A stretch of 64,000 nucleotides of DNA from Eledone cirrhosa. Taxonomy: Eukaryota. The notes below the pieces were generated by a model. That model was not told the DNA's origin, did not search any database, and saw only the letters and a program-made list of their open reading frames with translations. Within the stretch, counting starts at the first letter, position 1. Every line of letters begins with the position of its first letter. The position numbers and the translations under genes are program-made. Shown piece after piece: positions 28,571 through 42,440 of this stretch. The stretch is taken from contig OZ024740.1 of the NCBI GenBank assembly GCA_964016885.1, forward strand, positions 120,900,001 to 120,964,000, in the 5' to 3' direction.

Positions 28571-29827
28571 AGGAACAACTACACCAAGGTCTTTAATCCA
28601 ACGCTCTAAATATTCTGGCAATTCGCTGCCAATATATCATATTTTGCTAAATCCTATGCATTCGAATATTCTTTAGGATATCAAGTGAATATTGAGTATA
28701 TTACTAACATATTATTGAATTCTAATGAAAGTATTTCGAATATACATCTTAAGTGGCCTTAACTCTCATTGGAGTCGTATTCTGAAATGTGCCACCTTCT
28801 TAACTCATTGAAATAGTTCCAATGTAAAGTATCTACAAAATGCATGTGTCGTCTTCATTTTGTAAGTACAGGTATTTTGGTAAAATATAAGGGTATTATA
28901 TATCGTTTCGTTTGTTCTGCATATTGGATTTCATTGTTAGATATTGTAAGCAATGTTAAGTATATATATAACTGATATTTACCTGTGCAAATAAATTATA
29001 GAACAAAATTATGAGTTTAAGTACTACAGTGGATTATAATAAATAATAATGAGGAAAGAAGATTATGTTTACACCATACTATACTTGTATGCCAATATAC
29101 CTTACAATAGATTAATTGCAAGAGAGAACCATGAATGGTTATTATACACTGATATCTACCATGTTCGCATATAGTGAACGATAAGACTCATATAAATAGC
29201 GGAAAACGAAATTAGTAAAAAGAGTGGTTGAGAAACGTTAAAGAGGAGCTGCACTTTCGCTGTATTTCATTTCTGTATTTATATTATGAGTAATTATAAA
29301 TGTAATAGAAAACTCATGAAATAGGAAACCTTAAACAAACTGGAAGGATTGGCCTACTATGTTGCAAGAAAGCATACTAATTGAAATAATCATACGGCTA
29401 ATAGTTATTAGCAGACGGATTTACTCATTTGATTTGCTTCTGTCTCCAATGAAAGAGGCTACACAATATTTAACAACTGAAATAATTTATCTCTTGGCTT
29501 GTTTTCATTTCAACGCTCTTCATTTGACACACAAACCTGGAAATCGGTTCTAAATCATATCTATATATGAACACACATGCACCCCCCCCCCCACACACAC
29601 ACTTACACATGTACACATACACATACGTACGTGCACACAAACACATATATACATAAACCCAAGTTCATAAATACATAAGAATATAAGTCAACAATAGAGG
29701 AAAAGCACACACATCCAATGATATCTATTTATGTTGATTTGCTGAATAATAGCAGTTTAAATTTAAATGCAGGCAAATATTTCCTGCAAAGGAAGCCTAT
29801 GAAATATTCTCTCTCCCTCTCTTACTC

Positions 29828-29933
<106 letters not shown>

Positions 29934-30068
29934 GTTTAACAAGGTTCAATGAATTCATCAATGAATAAAGTTTCACAATAGATTAGAAGCACTCTACAGC
30001 GATGTTTTCTGGAGTTATTAATATTACTTCAAAATATTAATAAATATAGACATTCATGTGATCAAATA

Positions 30069-30115
30069 TATTTTATTATACATATTTCAACAGTACGTCC
30101 TCATCAGATAAAATA
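30069..30115 (-). ncRNA. Type I minimal hammerhead motif in an ORF-less element (~29927-30170) abutting (TA)n
   Basis: Minus strand: TATTTTAT CTGATGA gGACG TAC TGTT GAAA T ATGT A TA ATAAAATA; perfect 8-bp stem I. Confidence 0.8.
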
Positions 30116-30589
30116 AGTTGATGCCTGACATACCTTGACTATGTTGATGGTTATAATTTACCCATGGCAGGGGGGGGGGGGGGGCAAAGGATACATTCGT
30201 TACCAAACTTTAGTATTAAACAAACACTAAACTGTAACATAAGTAGAAGGATTTGTAGGAAAGTCTTTTCAATAGCGTCTCTTATAATAACGCTTTAAAG
30301 ACAAAATATATGCTAAACAACAATAACACAAACTTACGTATGCGCGCACACACAAATATAAATAATTGAACGAATATTATTTGTTTCACAAGGTCACATT
30401 TTAGTTTACGTGTTGCTTCTAGTACCAAGCTTCATATATAATCACTTTTCTAGAGCACAAGGCTACCACTAATCTTTGAAGGAAACTATTATTGCACTGA
30501 AAATATTGCTTCATTATCATCGAAGCTCAACAGAATAAATCAAACTCAATTACCTATACAAACAGAAAGGTAATTATACTTGAATTTCT

Positions 30590-30850
30590 GTCACTACCCA
30601 ATATAAGTATCACTTGCTTGCCGTCTCAATGGAAGTGCGTATATAATGCATTGATATACCATGTAAAGCCCTCTTCAATTGAGTATATAGACAAAAACTT
30701 TATCCACAGTTTTTCGGCCAATTCATTTAAAGGCCGATATACACAACATATATTCTCACTTCAGCATCAAATGTACAATACGAAGCACTACGCGGAAAGA
30801 CCAGTGCGCTATAGAAAATGGTATCCGAAACACTGTCAAATACAATAGAA
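30590..30850 (+). pseudogene. Old GIY-YIG endonuclease remnant of a Hydra-like PLE
   Basis: KCVYNALIYHVK..ANSFKGRYTQH aligns by eye with [24 protein letters not shown] of the 57.6-58.7 kb ORF. Confidence 0.6.
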
Positions 30851-30922
30851 TTTAACTGTTACTATAAATGAAATCCAAAGAGCGACACACACACACGTAC
30901 ACACACACATATATATATATTT

Positions 30923-30996
<74 letters not shown>

Positions 30997-32465
30997 CGAG
31001 TATATGTACAAGTGTAGATACATACATATAGAGTGTCCAACTTATACTGAGTTTCGTTCTAATAATATCAAATATGGTAAAAGCAAACAAGTTAAGAAAA
31101 AATCTTTCCTTGCTCACTTTAATGTCCATACTGCAGTTTAATTAAAGAAATAACAGTACACTGAGTATAGTATCGGGAGAAATCCCAAATCATCAGGAGA
31201 ATTTCTCTGTCCGGAAGTAAAATCTCAGCTGTTCGTTGTGAGTGAAAATTTCGTATGAAATGACTGTCACGTTATATTTCTTATTAGGAAAAGAAATAAC
31301 CAACCCAAAATAAATATCAACGTATAGTTTTCCCTAAAAGTTTATCTCTCATTGTACCGTTGAAAAAATAAAAATATAAAAGGGTCTGGCAGATATGAGC
31401 TAATTATATTGCCATGAAAACCTGAACATTTGGTGTGGAAATTTATAAGATAATGGGTACTAGAAAAACAAACTACAAGGAAAGCAATAACAACATGAAT
31501 GACATAAAACAATGGAAAGTCAAAATGATAGTTATTACCCGGGCCTGAATATTGTGCGTCTTAGTGTAGGTTTATGATGTTCACACCATTCCCACAGATT
31601 TACGCCATATCCTCCAAAATAAAACAATTTCCTCTTATATTATCTCAAGCTGGCATATCTAGTTTTCGACACCTCTTGCTCTGAGCATACTAAGAAAATT
31701 ACTAAGCATGCATTTTCTACCACACAATCCAAATTAACCCACATCAAACTAGGTGACAGATTAAAATACTATATGATCCTCTTCGTATTTGTGTATATAT
31801 TAATGCGACAACAATGTTTAGTGATTCATTTTAGGATTTAGGGAAACTGCTATATATTTACTTTTATTATACAATTTTATTTATAAAAATCTGATAATCT
31901 AAAGTTCTAAAATGCGCCTCTGTGTTGAGACTAGACGGCTACCTGGTTAACAATAATGGCAGAGCATACCTTGTCTACAGTAAGTTATACAACGCAAGGA
32001 GAAGTAAACCTAATTACTATGAACGTCACTTTTCAGTTTTCTACAAAATTTCAACAGCAAGTGTATCTTTGAAAAATTAACGGTGATTTGCATCTGAATT
32101 TATTATTTTAGGAACCGGTAATGCAACAATATGAATATTTGCTGCTGCATAGAATTTTTCATCTGAATGTTAGTTCTGGTTCGATGCCAATAGCTGTTCC
32201 TTTACTAGTTTAGAGTTTCAGAGCTAAGAGGCAAAAGATTAAAAAAAGAAAAGAATTAAAACAATGGCAACTAGATTAATCACTTCTGTATAACATACGA
32301 GAGTAAGATGCGTGTGCAGAGCTTATGAGGCTTAATGGGTCAAAATAGCTGACTGACTGTTCATTTACCGGTTGTTTTGTATTGCGATTTGGTTTGTCAT
32401 TTCCCTATGCTATCTCTCTCTAAATACCTCTCTCTCTGCAACATGTACACACAAACACACACAGA

Positions 32466-32536
<71 letters not shown>

Positions 32537-32563
32537 ATATTTATATATATGTATATATGTGTG

Positions 32564-32656
<93 letters not shown>

Positions 32657-32732
32657 GTATATTTATATATATGTATATATGTGTGTATGTATATAGATAT
32701 ATATAGATTTATATATATATGTATGTATATAT

Positions 32733-33670
32733 ACTGTATTTTGCAATACACTGTATGCTTAATTAAAAGCATTTCGAAGACCTTACGCTATTGTTTTAGA
32801 GTAGTGACAGTCTCACTTACTTTAAATTTTCAGCAAACAAGGGGAGATAAAGCTGACAGAGCTCTGTTTCGTATTTTTGGGTACTTATCAAAGCTAAGTA
32901 CTCCACCTCTCTGCTGAATATCATGAATGTTTGAGTCTTATAGAATTCTAGTAATAATCAGGAACTGATTATACAGAGCGGTTGCTGGTCAAGCAGAAAT
33001 TGAAAATTAGAATTGGTGCTCTGAAATAACGATATATATATATGAAAGTATATATAGTGTATTTTGCAATACACTGTATGCTTAATTAAAAGCATTTCGA
33101 AGACCGTACGCTATTGTTTTAGAGTAGTGACAGTCTCACTTACTTTACATTTTCAGCAAACAGGCAGAGATAAAGCAGACAGAGCTCTGTTTCCCCTTGT
33201 TTGCTGAAAATTTAAAGTAAGTGAGACTGTCACTACTCTAAAACAATAGCGTAAGGTCTTCGAAATGCTTTTCCTTAAGCATGCAGTGTATTGCAAAACA
33301 CACTATATACATTCATATATATATCGCTATTTCAGAGCACCAATACTAATTTTCAATTTGTGCTTGACCGTCAACCGCCCTGTATAATCAGTTCCTGATT
33401 ATTACTAGAATTCTATAAGAATCAAACATTCATGATTTTCAGCAGACATGTGGAGTACTTAGCTTTGATAAGTACCAAAAAGTGTGAAACAGAGGTCTGT
33501 CAGCTTTATCTCCCCCTGTTTGCTGAAAATTTAAAGTAAGTGAGAATGTCACTACTGTAAAACAATAGCGTAAGGTCTTCGAAATGCTTTTAATTAAGCA
33601 TACAGTGTATTGCAAAATACATTATATATACATTCATATATATATCGCTATTTCAGAGAACCAATTCTAA
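32733..33670. mobile_element. ORF-less ~320-bp tandem units (retrozyme/solo-pLTR-like) with a central inversion at about 33192
   Basis: Period about 323 on the left (32736/33059) and about 321 on the right (33322/33643); halves are reverse complements; full units contain an HHR. Confidence 0.85.
32851..32895 (-). ncRNA. Type I hammerhead, U3-A8 core variant
   Basis: Minus strand: AGCT TTGATAA GTA-cccaaaaa-TAC GAAA CAG AGCT CTG TC AGCT; GUC triplet; inverted copy at 33461-33505 (+). Confidence 0.75.
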
Positions 33671-33744
33671 TATATATTTATATGTGTGTGTGTGTGTGTG
33701 TGGGTGGGTGGGTGTGTCTGTGTGTGTGTGAGTGTGTGTGTCTG

Positions 33745-33837
<93 letters not shown>

Positions 33838-34053
33838 TATAATCATCCCAACGCAAATAACCGAATGTCGATAATAGTAGTCGATCTATATAAATACTTA
33901 ATAGTTAAGAAAAATAGTCGTATATGTTGGGCATAAAAACTAAACTTCAACAGAGTTTATATCACCAATGTATTAGACTATTTTTATAGTTAAACAATGT
34001 GAATGCTTTCTTCAAGTCAAAACCTTTCTATCATTAAACATTTCTAAAAATAG

Positions 34054-34090
<37 letters not shown>

Positions 34091-34154
34091 TGGTTTAGTT
34101 CGCATCTAACTGTCGAAACGGCCGGAGCTCACCCGTCTGGGTCCTGACTCTATT

Positions 34155-34188
<34 letters not shown>

Positions 34189-35021
34189 TACGTATATCCG
34201 TACATATATCAATTTATCTGAATATATATATGCACTTGAGTAATGTTAATAAATATATATGAACGTACATAGTAGAAACAATACTTACTGATGTGTCTTT
34301 ATATCTTGAATTTAAATCTGAACTTGTACAACTTTGATTTTCTTCGATACAGTATCGGTCCTTTAAAGAATCTAAGAAAATAAACTAGGTCAAATCGATC
34401 TACTAACATCTATGAAATGTGGGCTAGGTAGAAATCAATATGTGTATTTAAGCATGAATGTTTATGTGCGTGTGTGTATATATACACACTTATATATATA
34501 TGCAGAGAGAGAAAGAGTTAGAGGGTGCAGGATTTGACGGAAAGTCAAGTGATGCAAAATAATATGATGTGAAATAGCACATACTGAATTTTCATAATTT
34601 AAAGGGCTATAATATAAAATGAAAATCAGCAGTGTTTTGAGCAGAAGAAATTTTATTACATAAAGAAGACAATAAAATCGAATTCGTTCAAACATTTGGA
34701 CTGTTGAATTATTGCTGATGGTGATGTCAGCAGTGAAAGATCTGGTGGAGTTGAACTTTCTTGGCAAGCGTGATTACCCATGTCCAATAACAGATGTGTC
34801 CAAATTGTATTCGATATATTCGGAAAAGAAGGTGGAAAAGCTAAAAAATGGAAGAGAAAGAAGAAAGTATAAATAGGAATATTGGCAAAATTAGTAAAAG
34901 TAGAAGGAAGAAAATTGATAAGGAATGTTAAAGAAGAATTAAAAGAGGATGTGAGCTGGAGACAAAATAGGGTAAAAGAAGGCAAGGGGCAAACAGAATG
35001 TGAAAGAAGTTTAGAGAGAGA

Positions 35022-35122
<101 letters not shown>

Positions 35123-35625
35123 TGTAAGAGAGAATAAGAGGATATGTGAGAATCAAATAATTGATCGAATTAAGGAAAAATTGAAGGATTTTGGACAAAA
35201 CGATAACGTGTAACTCGGTCCAGAAATGAAACCTTTAACCTCATGATCGTGTTAAAGGATGAAAATAAGGTGTGGAGGGGTGAGTGTGGGCAAAGGATAA
35301 ACAGAAAAAGTAGCAGAAGAATAAGTAGAAGAATAAGACGGAAAGAACAGTGAAGAAGGAGTAAAGGAAAAATAGAGAAAGTGAAAGAAAGAATGAATTA
35401 TAAGAAGATTTTGAAAAAAAAGCAATATAAGGTGCCAGGAAAACCTATTGCAAGAGAGGGTAAGAAGGGAAACAAATAAAAAATAAACAGAACGGGAAAA
35501 AAGAAAAATAATGTATGTGAGTGATGGAATGGGGTCGGCTTGGTGTAAGAGAATGTGAGGGAGGAAAACCGAAAATTAAGAGAGTGAGAAAGAGAGAGAG
35601 AAAGAGAGGGAGAGAGATGGAGAGA

Positions 35626-35668
<43 letters not shown>

Positions 35669-35991
35669 GTTAGGTTTTTACTGAGCGTATTCTGATGGTT
35701 TAATCCGTTATGTCACATGACACAGAACGTATTAAATCTTCAACGTAATGCGTTTTCTTGAATATTCTTTCGATATTTACTACTGCCAGAGATAGGACGA
35801 TTGTTGTTCGTAGGATGATGGATGTAGGGTTGGGTTGTGGTTGAGAATTTGTAATAGTGTATAGAGTTTAGATGAATGGGAACATCTTTATTGAACAAAT
35901 CACCTGATTCGCAATACCACCAGTACCACCACTCCCATTGCTCAATCTTTTTCTTTCGCCCTATCACCTAATACACACGCGCGCGCACGCG

Positions 35992-36058
<67 letters not shown>

Positions 36059-36939
36059 GTATATATATATGTATAACACACATATTGTTGAGAACAATCT
36101 TGGTTTACTGAAAGCTCTCGGCTTTAGACTAATCAATATAGATCAAGGTCAGCGAAGTCGAGCTGACAAGATGTTAGATTTTGCACAATTTGTGTCTCTG
36201 TATGTGGCTAAAATTGATTTGCGTATTTATTTATTTGTTCATTTAATTCATTTAAATTTATCTCCTTTTATCAATAAAGTGCATTTATTTTAACACACTG
36301 CAGTTGTGATTGTACTGTTGAGTTTGGAATTTGATAGCAATAGTTGAACGAACGGCTATGTTATTGCTATTGATTTCTTTTCATTCAGCATGAAGCCTCA
36401 GGTGATTGGATGGGGGTGAATTCAACGTTATGCTCTTGATTTTTCAAAGGGTCTTTAAGCCGTAAGGGGAGTGAAATGCCTTTAAATTAGAATCCAGGAA
36501 TATTTAAGCAGAAATAATTCAGCCACATCAGATAGAAAGTGATGTAATCTGAAGCTAAGTTGATGGTGTGCCCTGTTTGTAGCTTTCGATTTTACTATAC
36601 TGCATAAATTCAATTTCAATCCTCCTGTTTCATTAATGATCCTACAAAAGACAAATGGAGCGTATACATTTTTTACTTTTGTAGTAATTATCAATAGCAC
36701 TAACACGCTGTGTTAGTGTGATTGTAAATTATGGAAACATACAATGTTTTTGGATAATGAACATACATATAGTCTCACTACAAGTATTTGAAGCTGTGAT
36801 CCTATCACAGTTGCCTTAGTATCTCCGAGATATTGATTTAAAAGAGACAATATCTTCTAACAAAAAAAAAAAAATAATAATAATTTTTTTTGTTGCTAGC
36901 TTTACACATAGTGCAAGGATGATATACTAGCATTAAATA

Positions 36940-39130
36940 GTGACAACGGATTGGCAGTATTGGTAAGACGTCGAAAATCATTTCTAGCATATAATTACGG
37001 CCTTTACGTTCTGAGTTCAAGTGCCACCAAGGCTAATTTACGTTTCATCCGTACGGAATTCATAGTAAAGCACCAGTAATATAATGGGGTCTATTTAATC
37101 GACCCCCACCCTAAATCAGTGTACTTGAGCGCAAATAGTAAATAAAAAAATATCATTAATTAGTGACATCAGGAACACAGCCTAATTTAGATTAAATGGT
37201 GTGAATATTTTCAACTAGGATCATATCACATAGAAATCCGGTGTCCGTGTAGGAGATTTATATGCGTAATATATTTTATACGTATAATGCTTACTACTAG
37301 ATACTAAGGTACAGCAATTCATAAGCATTACTGAAAATGATTAAACATTCTAAATTACTCATAGCGAGATTATTATTGATGCATTTCGAAGCAAGACCGA
37401 CCCTTTTAATTACAGGAATACTTACCTCTGAGAGTAGAAAGGAATGGGGTAATGGGATATAAAGTGTTTTGTGCAATAACACAAAGCCCCGGAGGGGGTG
37501 GGGCACGCATTCTTATTGTATATTGGTTCATATATACCAATGTTATGCAAGAATGTTGTTAGCTATGAATCGAAAGGAAAACAACAAAATGCTCATGATT
37601 TATATTCACATGGAACAACATTCCAGCAGTCAGGTGCGTGGGTGGGGGGGGGGGGGGGTAGTTTGGAAACTGATAATTGTAGCAAAAATGCAGTGAATTG
37701 GGGAATTTCTAGCTCCCTGTGTACTGAGTTCACACACCCCTAAGATCAATTGTTGCCTTTCATCCATTGGAGAGCAATAAATAAAATACGAGCCCATCAT
37801 TTCTTCTTCTTCTTCTTTGTCTTCTTCTTCTGTCTCTCTCTCAACCAAATCAGCTGTGTACGGACTCGAAGAGGGTTTGAGTCCAACATATTTAAATATA
37901 ATGATAATGCCCCTACGAATCAATCAATATGTGGATTGCAGAATTGTTAGAGTGTCGGACAGATATCTCACCACGTTAACATTGTTTTTCATTCTTCCGA
38001 CATCGATAACATAAAGAACCAATCGATGTTCCCCTGCCTCAAATTACTGGCGCTGTACATAAATTAGAAGCCATTATTATATTTCTATGAAAAACTATGT
38101 ATTTATGGTTACTGGCTGCTTTGTAATCTATTATATTCTCTTAAATTATCTTTACTCATCTGTGTCTAATTGACAGACACTAATGATTTCTTTCAAGGAA
38201 TCATAACCTATTGATATATTTATATGACGTTGATATATCAATTAATCTGACTTATGTTTATTAAGAATGGAGACAATACAAAAATGTGTAAACCTCCAGG
38301 AAATAGTAGTTATTATTAAGTTATTATTGGACCAGTCTCCTCGGTAATGATGGCAATAGCGTTGAATGCTTTTAATATTTAGAGTCACGGATCGGTATTC
38401 CATTTATGCCAAGATTACCAGATGTATATATAATCATAACAACTAAGAAATTTGCCTTTCATCGTTCTGGGGTCGATAGAATAAAGTATCAGTAAAATAC
38501 TGAGTTTGTATTCCACTGTGGTTAACTTCGTTTTTCAACCTTTTGAGGTTGATAAATTACCAGTAAAATACTGGAGTGGATTTAGTTAATTTTCATTTCG
38601 GCCTCCAAAACTGCCGACCGTATATCGAAATTGAAAACGTTATAAGAGTAATGAATTTGTTGCATCTTTGAAATAAAGAACAAAATGCTTTGCTTCGACT
38701 TTCTAAATTCTGTGTTGAAATCCCATCGTGATCAACCGTGACACTCCTTCTTTTGGGAGACGATAAAATAAAGTGCTAGTCAAGTACAGTGGTCGATTTA
38801 ATCAACTTTCCCATGTCTCCTCCACCAAAGCTTTGGCCTTATGCCTAAAATAGAAATCATTATACAAAGCTGAATAGATCTAAACAGAAGAGAAGAAATC
38901 AATAGAGGGTTTTGAAAGAATAAATTGTTTATTTTTTTAGGGTTCCTTACAATTACCCTGCAATTTTCCCCACCATCATCATCATTTTGCCCAGTTCAAA
39001 TTCTGCAAAAGTTGACTTTGCACTCTCCCACAGAGTTTGATAAAATAAATATGTGCCGAATAGTAGACGATTCATTTGATTGTGTTTAACTCTTGAAATT
39101 TATGACCTTGTGCTAACGTCAGAAATCAGT
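36940..39130 (+). mobile_element. Several degenerate SINE remnants interspersed with unique sequence
   Basis: Core fragments at about 37010, 38450, 38520, 38720 and 38995; minus-strand copy at about 40220-40430. Confidence 0.55.
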
Positions 39131-39559
39131 ATTGTAATCATAAAAATGATCACAAAAGAAAGGAAGATGAAAAAGAAACATAAGTATATAAGGACTGTAG
39201 TGAAAATTGCTCAAGAGTTCTTTTGCATTATTATATAGTGGAAGCCAGTCAAATAAATGAAATAACCTCAATATTGAGGTATTGTGTCAAAGAAGCCATT
39301 GACGATGTGACAACAAAAGTAACACCACAATAGAATGAAGGTAAAGTAACGACTTTACAAGAAAGGGAAATCTTGTTGTAGTCTTTACATTTTGTCTGGC
39401 AATAAAAACTTTAAGAGAAATATTGAACAGGATTAATGCATCTACATTCAAAATAGCGAATCGATTAATCCCTTCTTATGTATTTCATATCTTGAAACTA
39501 TGTATGTGTGAGTGCGAGTTTCTAAACATTCCACGAACATATATAACCATAATGCAATT

Positions 39560-39750
39560 CATAGCGTGACACTGTGTATGAGAAAAATGGCCCTCGTGAA
39601 TTTACAGGTACATTTCATTTTTGCCAACCGAATGGACGGGAGCAACGTGAAATAAAATGTCGAACTCAAGGACACAATACGACGCCGGGAATCAAAATTG
39701 CGCCCCTATAATCGTTAGTCAAACAACCAAAGCACTAAACCACACACCTT
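39560..39750 (-). mobile_element. Second SINE-like family, probably tRNA-headed
   Basis: gtgaaataaaatgtcgaactcaaggacacaatacg..ccgggaatcaaa..cactaaaccac resembles a reverse-oriented Pol III head; recognised by memory only. Confidence 0.4.
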
Positions 39751-40903
39751 CACAACTTGAAACAATACAAAATTGACAACAATTAACATGTTGGAGAGCC
39801 TATATGTGGTTATTGAGCCTACTAGAAATGTCAATCAAATCTCATTCAAATAATTCCTTTGTATTTTAAGAGAGTGTGGATGACATTGGATATTTATAAA
39901 CTTTATTTATTTACTCAATTTAAACCTCTACGTAAAGATAATAAAATATAAAATATTGAGAAACATATCTTATAACCCTTTTATTTAAGAAACAATAAAC
40001 AAGAGAGAAGACAGAAGTGTTTAATGCGACAACAATTAGAAGAATAAAAAAAGAAAAACAAGGATAAATATAGCGTTACTACGTTAAATAGCTTTACATA
40101 GCTTCCTGAAATTGGAAGAACATATTTATTGTCGGTATATTAATCATAGTATTTTTTAAGACCAGTTCTAATATGTCAACTTTCTTGCAGACGTAGTTTT
40201 TCTTTTATATTGGAACAAATAATGATTTCTAATTCAGGCACAAGACCAGCCACTTGGGAGAATGTCGATTAAATCTACTTATCTGGTTCTTTATTTTATT
40301 GATCCCTGGAGAATGAAATGTAAAGCCGACCTCAGTGGAGTTTGAAAACAGAAACGACAAGTACCTGAATAAATACTTTAAAGCATTTCTTCCGAATCTC
40401 TAAGAATTCTGTTATTTCGCTACCCTAATACAGGAATAGATACTGATTTTTACTTGAGGCAAAACAGGCAGTATAGTTATTATTTATTAAAAAATTATTT
40501 TTGGGGGGAAGGCATGTATCTACGTGACTGGTACATTATTCTATCGACGCAAGAAGAGTAAATGGCAGAGTGGGTATCAGTGAAATTTGTGCTAAAATGT
40601 AACAGGCCAAAAATATATAGAGCAAATACATTAGCAATTCTGTCGATACACCATTCTCTCCTTGGAGGAAAATAAAATTGTTTAGTTCTATTTGTATTAG
40701 GTGTAAATGAAAGACGTGATGTCACGGCTGGAATGTTTTTGATCACAGTTTCTTTTTCTATCAAGCTTTAACTGAAATCAAACAACACAAACAACAGTAA
40801 AAAACAACAACAGCAATATCACTCCCAATACCGCCTCCATCGCCAACAACAACAACAGCAACTACTAATACTACTACTTCTTCTCCTCCTCGTACTACTA
40901 TAA

Positions 40904-40944
<41 letters not shown>

Positions 40945-41097
40945 CTACTACTGCTCTTGGTTTTGCTTTACTTCATAGAACAGTACACAGATACAATAAA
41001 TTGCTTCGCATGAATATGGCGTTTGACAATTGTGCTCAAACTACCATAAATAAAAGGAAAATTACACACACACGAACATACACACAGACACTCACAC

Positions 41098-41136
<39 letters not shown>

Positions 41137-41281
41137 CGTGCGTGATAGTTTGTGTACATATTGTTTTACAAGGCCAGAGTAACGGTAAACTATAAAAGTA
41201 ACAGTACTGAGATAGATTAGCATCCCTCTATAAATCAGTGAGCTAGAACAATACAATATCATATATAAATATGTGTGTGTG

Positions 41282-41326
<45 letters not shown>

Positions 41327-41330
<4 letters not shown>

Positions 41331-41923
41331 AAATGGCATGCTGCGTGGTTGAAAATAGGTTACATATGAATAAAATTAGTCCTTCATCAGTGATCTTCCA
41401 GCCTTCATTGGTATTTCATCGCTTTAAAGATCATATACCTCTGGATGGTGCGAGCAACGGCTAAATAAAGTCGTTGGGACACGTAAATAGGGGAAACGAG
41501 CGAGACAGTAAACAAATAAAGATGGTATTGCAACGAAAAGTGAGGAAGAAGGAGTCAAGTCCCTGAAATCGATGAACATAAGTTCTGTGAAATCGTAGAC
41601 GAGAGATAAAAGACCATCCAACCTGGTTGAAATGTGAGCGAGAAAAGGATTTCGCACAGGTCAAACGGGAGGAAGTGATGGAGAGGGAGTAGCAGAGAGT
41701 GAGTGAGTAAAAGTGTGAGGAAGAGGCTAACTGAGAGGGTGACTGGCAGAAGGGGTAAAAAGAAAGTGAGAGAAACAGAGAAAGGGGAAGCAGTAAGAAA
41801 GAAACAGACGGGTCACAGCGGAGGAAAATATATAAATATATGAAAAAATGGCGTGCTGCGTGGTTGCAAATGGGTTACATATGAATAAAATTAGTCCTTC
41901 ATCAGTGATCTTCCAGCCTTCAT

Positions 41924-41925
<2 letters not shown>
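41327..41925 (-). mobile_element. ORF-less (TA)n-inserted element, family A (515-bp unit + partial tandem copy)
   Basis: 41327-41410 repeats at 41842-41925; homologous to 42441-44078; both ends in (TA)n. Confidence 0.8.
41379..41480 (-). ncRNA. Candidate non-circularly permuted (pseudoknotted) hammerhead, family A
   Basis: Minus strand: GTCC caacgac tttattta gccgttg c TCGC a ccatcc aga GGTAT-A TGATCTT taaa GCGA T GAA-ATACC aatgaa ggctgg AAGATCA CTGATGA A GGAC. Confidence 0.6.
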
Positions 41926-41969
<44 letters not shown>

Positions 41970-41971
41970 TG

Positions 41972-42385
41972 TATGATGTGGAAAATATTCCGTCAGCTTA
42001 GCCCAAATGATGTTGGCATCACCTTTAGTGTACACCCAAGGCCTGGATCCGGTGCTATCAGCCCACGACAAAAATCCCACACGCATCACGTAACTACAAT
42101 ACGGTACAATTACTTCACCTCAATTGGCCCTGCACTCTTTAACATTACAGAAAAACACATCAAAGCAGAGACAGACCCCATCAAGTTCAAGATGTGTTTG
42201 GATAAATTCCTTCAAGAAATCCCGGATAAGCCACCTACACCCGGATATTCTTCCGTAAACAATAATTCTCTGCTCGAGTGGGCTATGGTGCCCAAACACT
42301 GATTTGTAAGACTACGCCAGGTGGTGCTATTAAGTTAGACATGGCCTGGGCCAATACTGGCCGAAATCTATCAAAGTTATCAAAT
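41972..42385 (+). mobile_element. 3' fragment of a CR1-group LINE
   Basis: WKI..L.PN..GPALFN..FK..LDKFL..IPD.P..NSL C-terminus; inserted in (TA)n. Confidence 0.6.
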
Positions 42386-42440
42386 TTATATATATATACT
42401 GTATATATTTATACATATATATATATATATATATATATAT

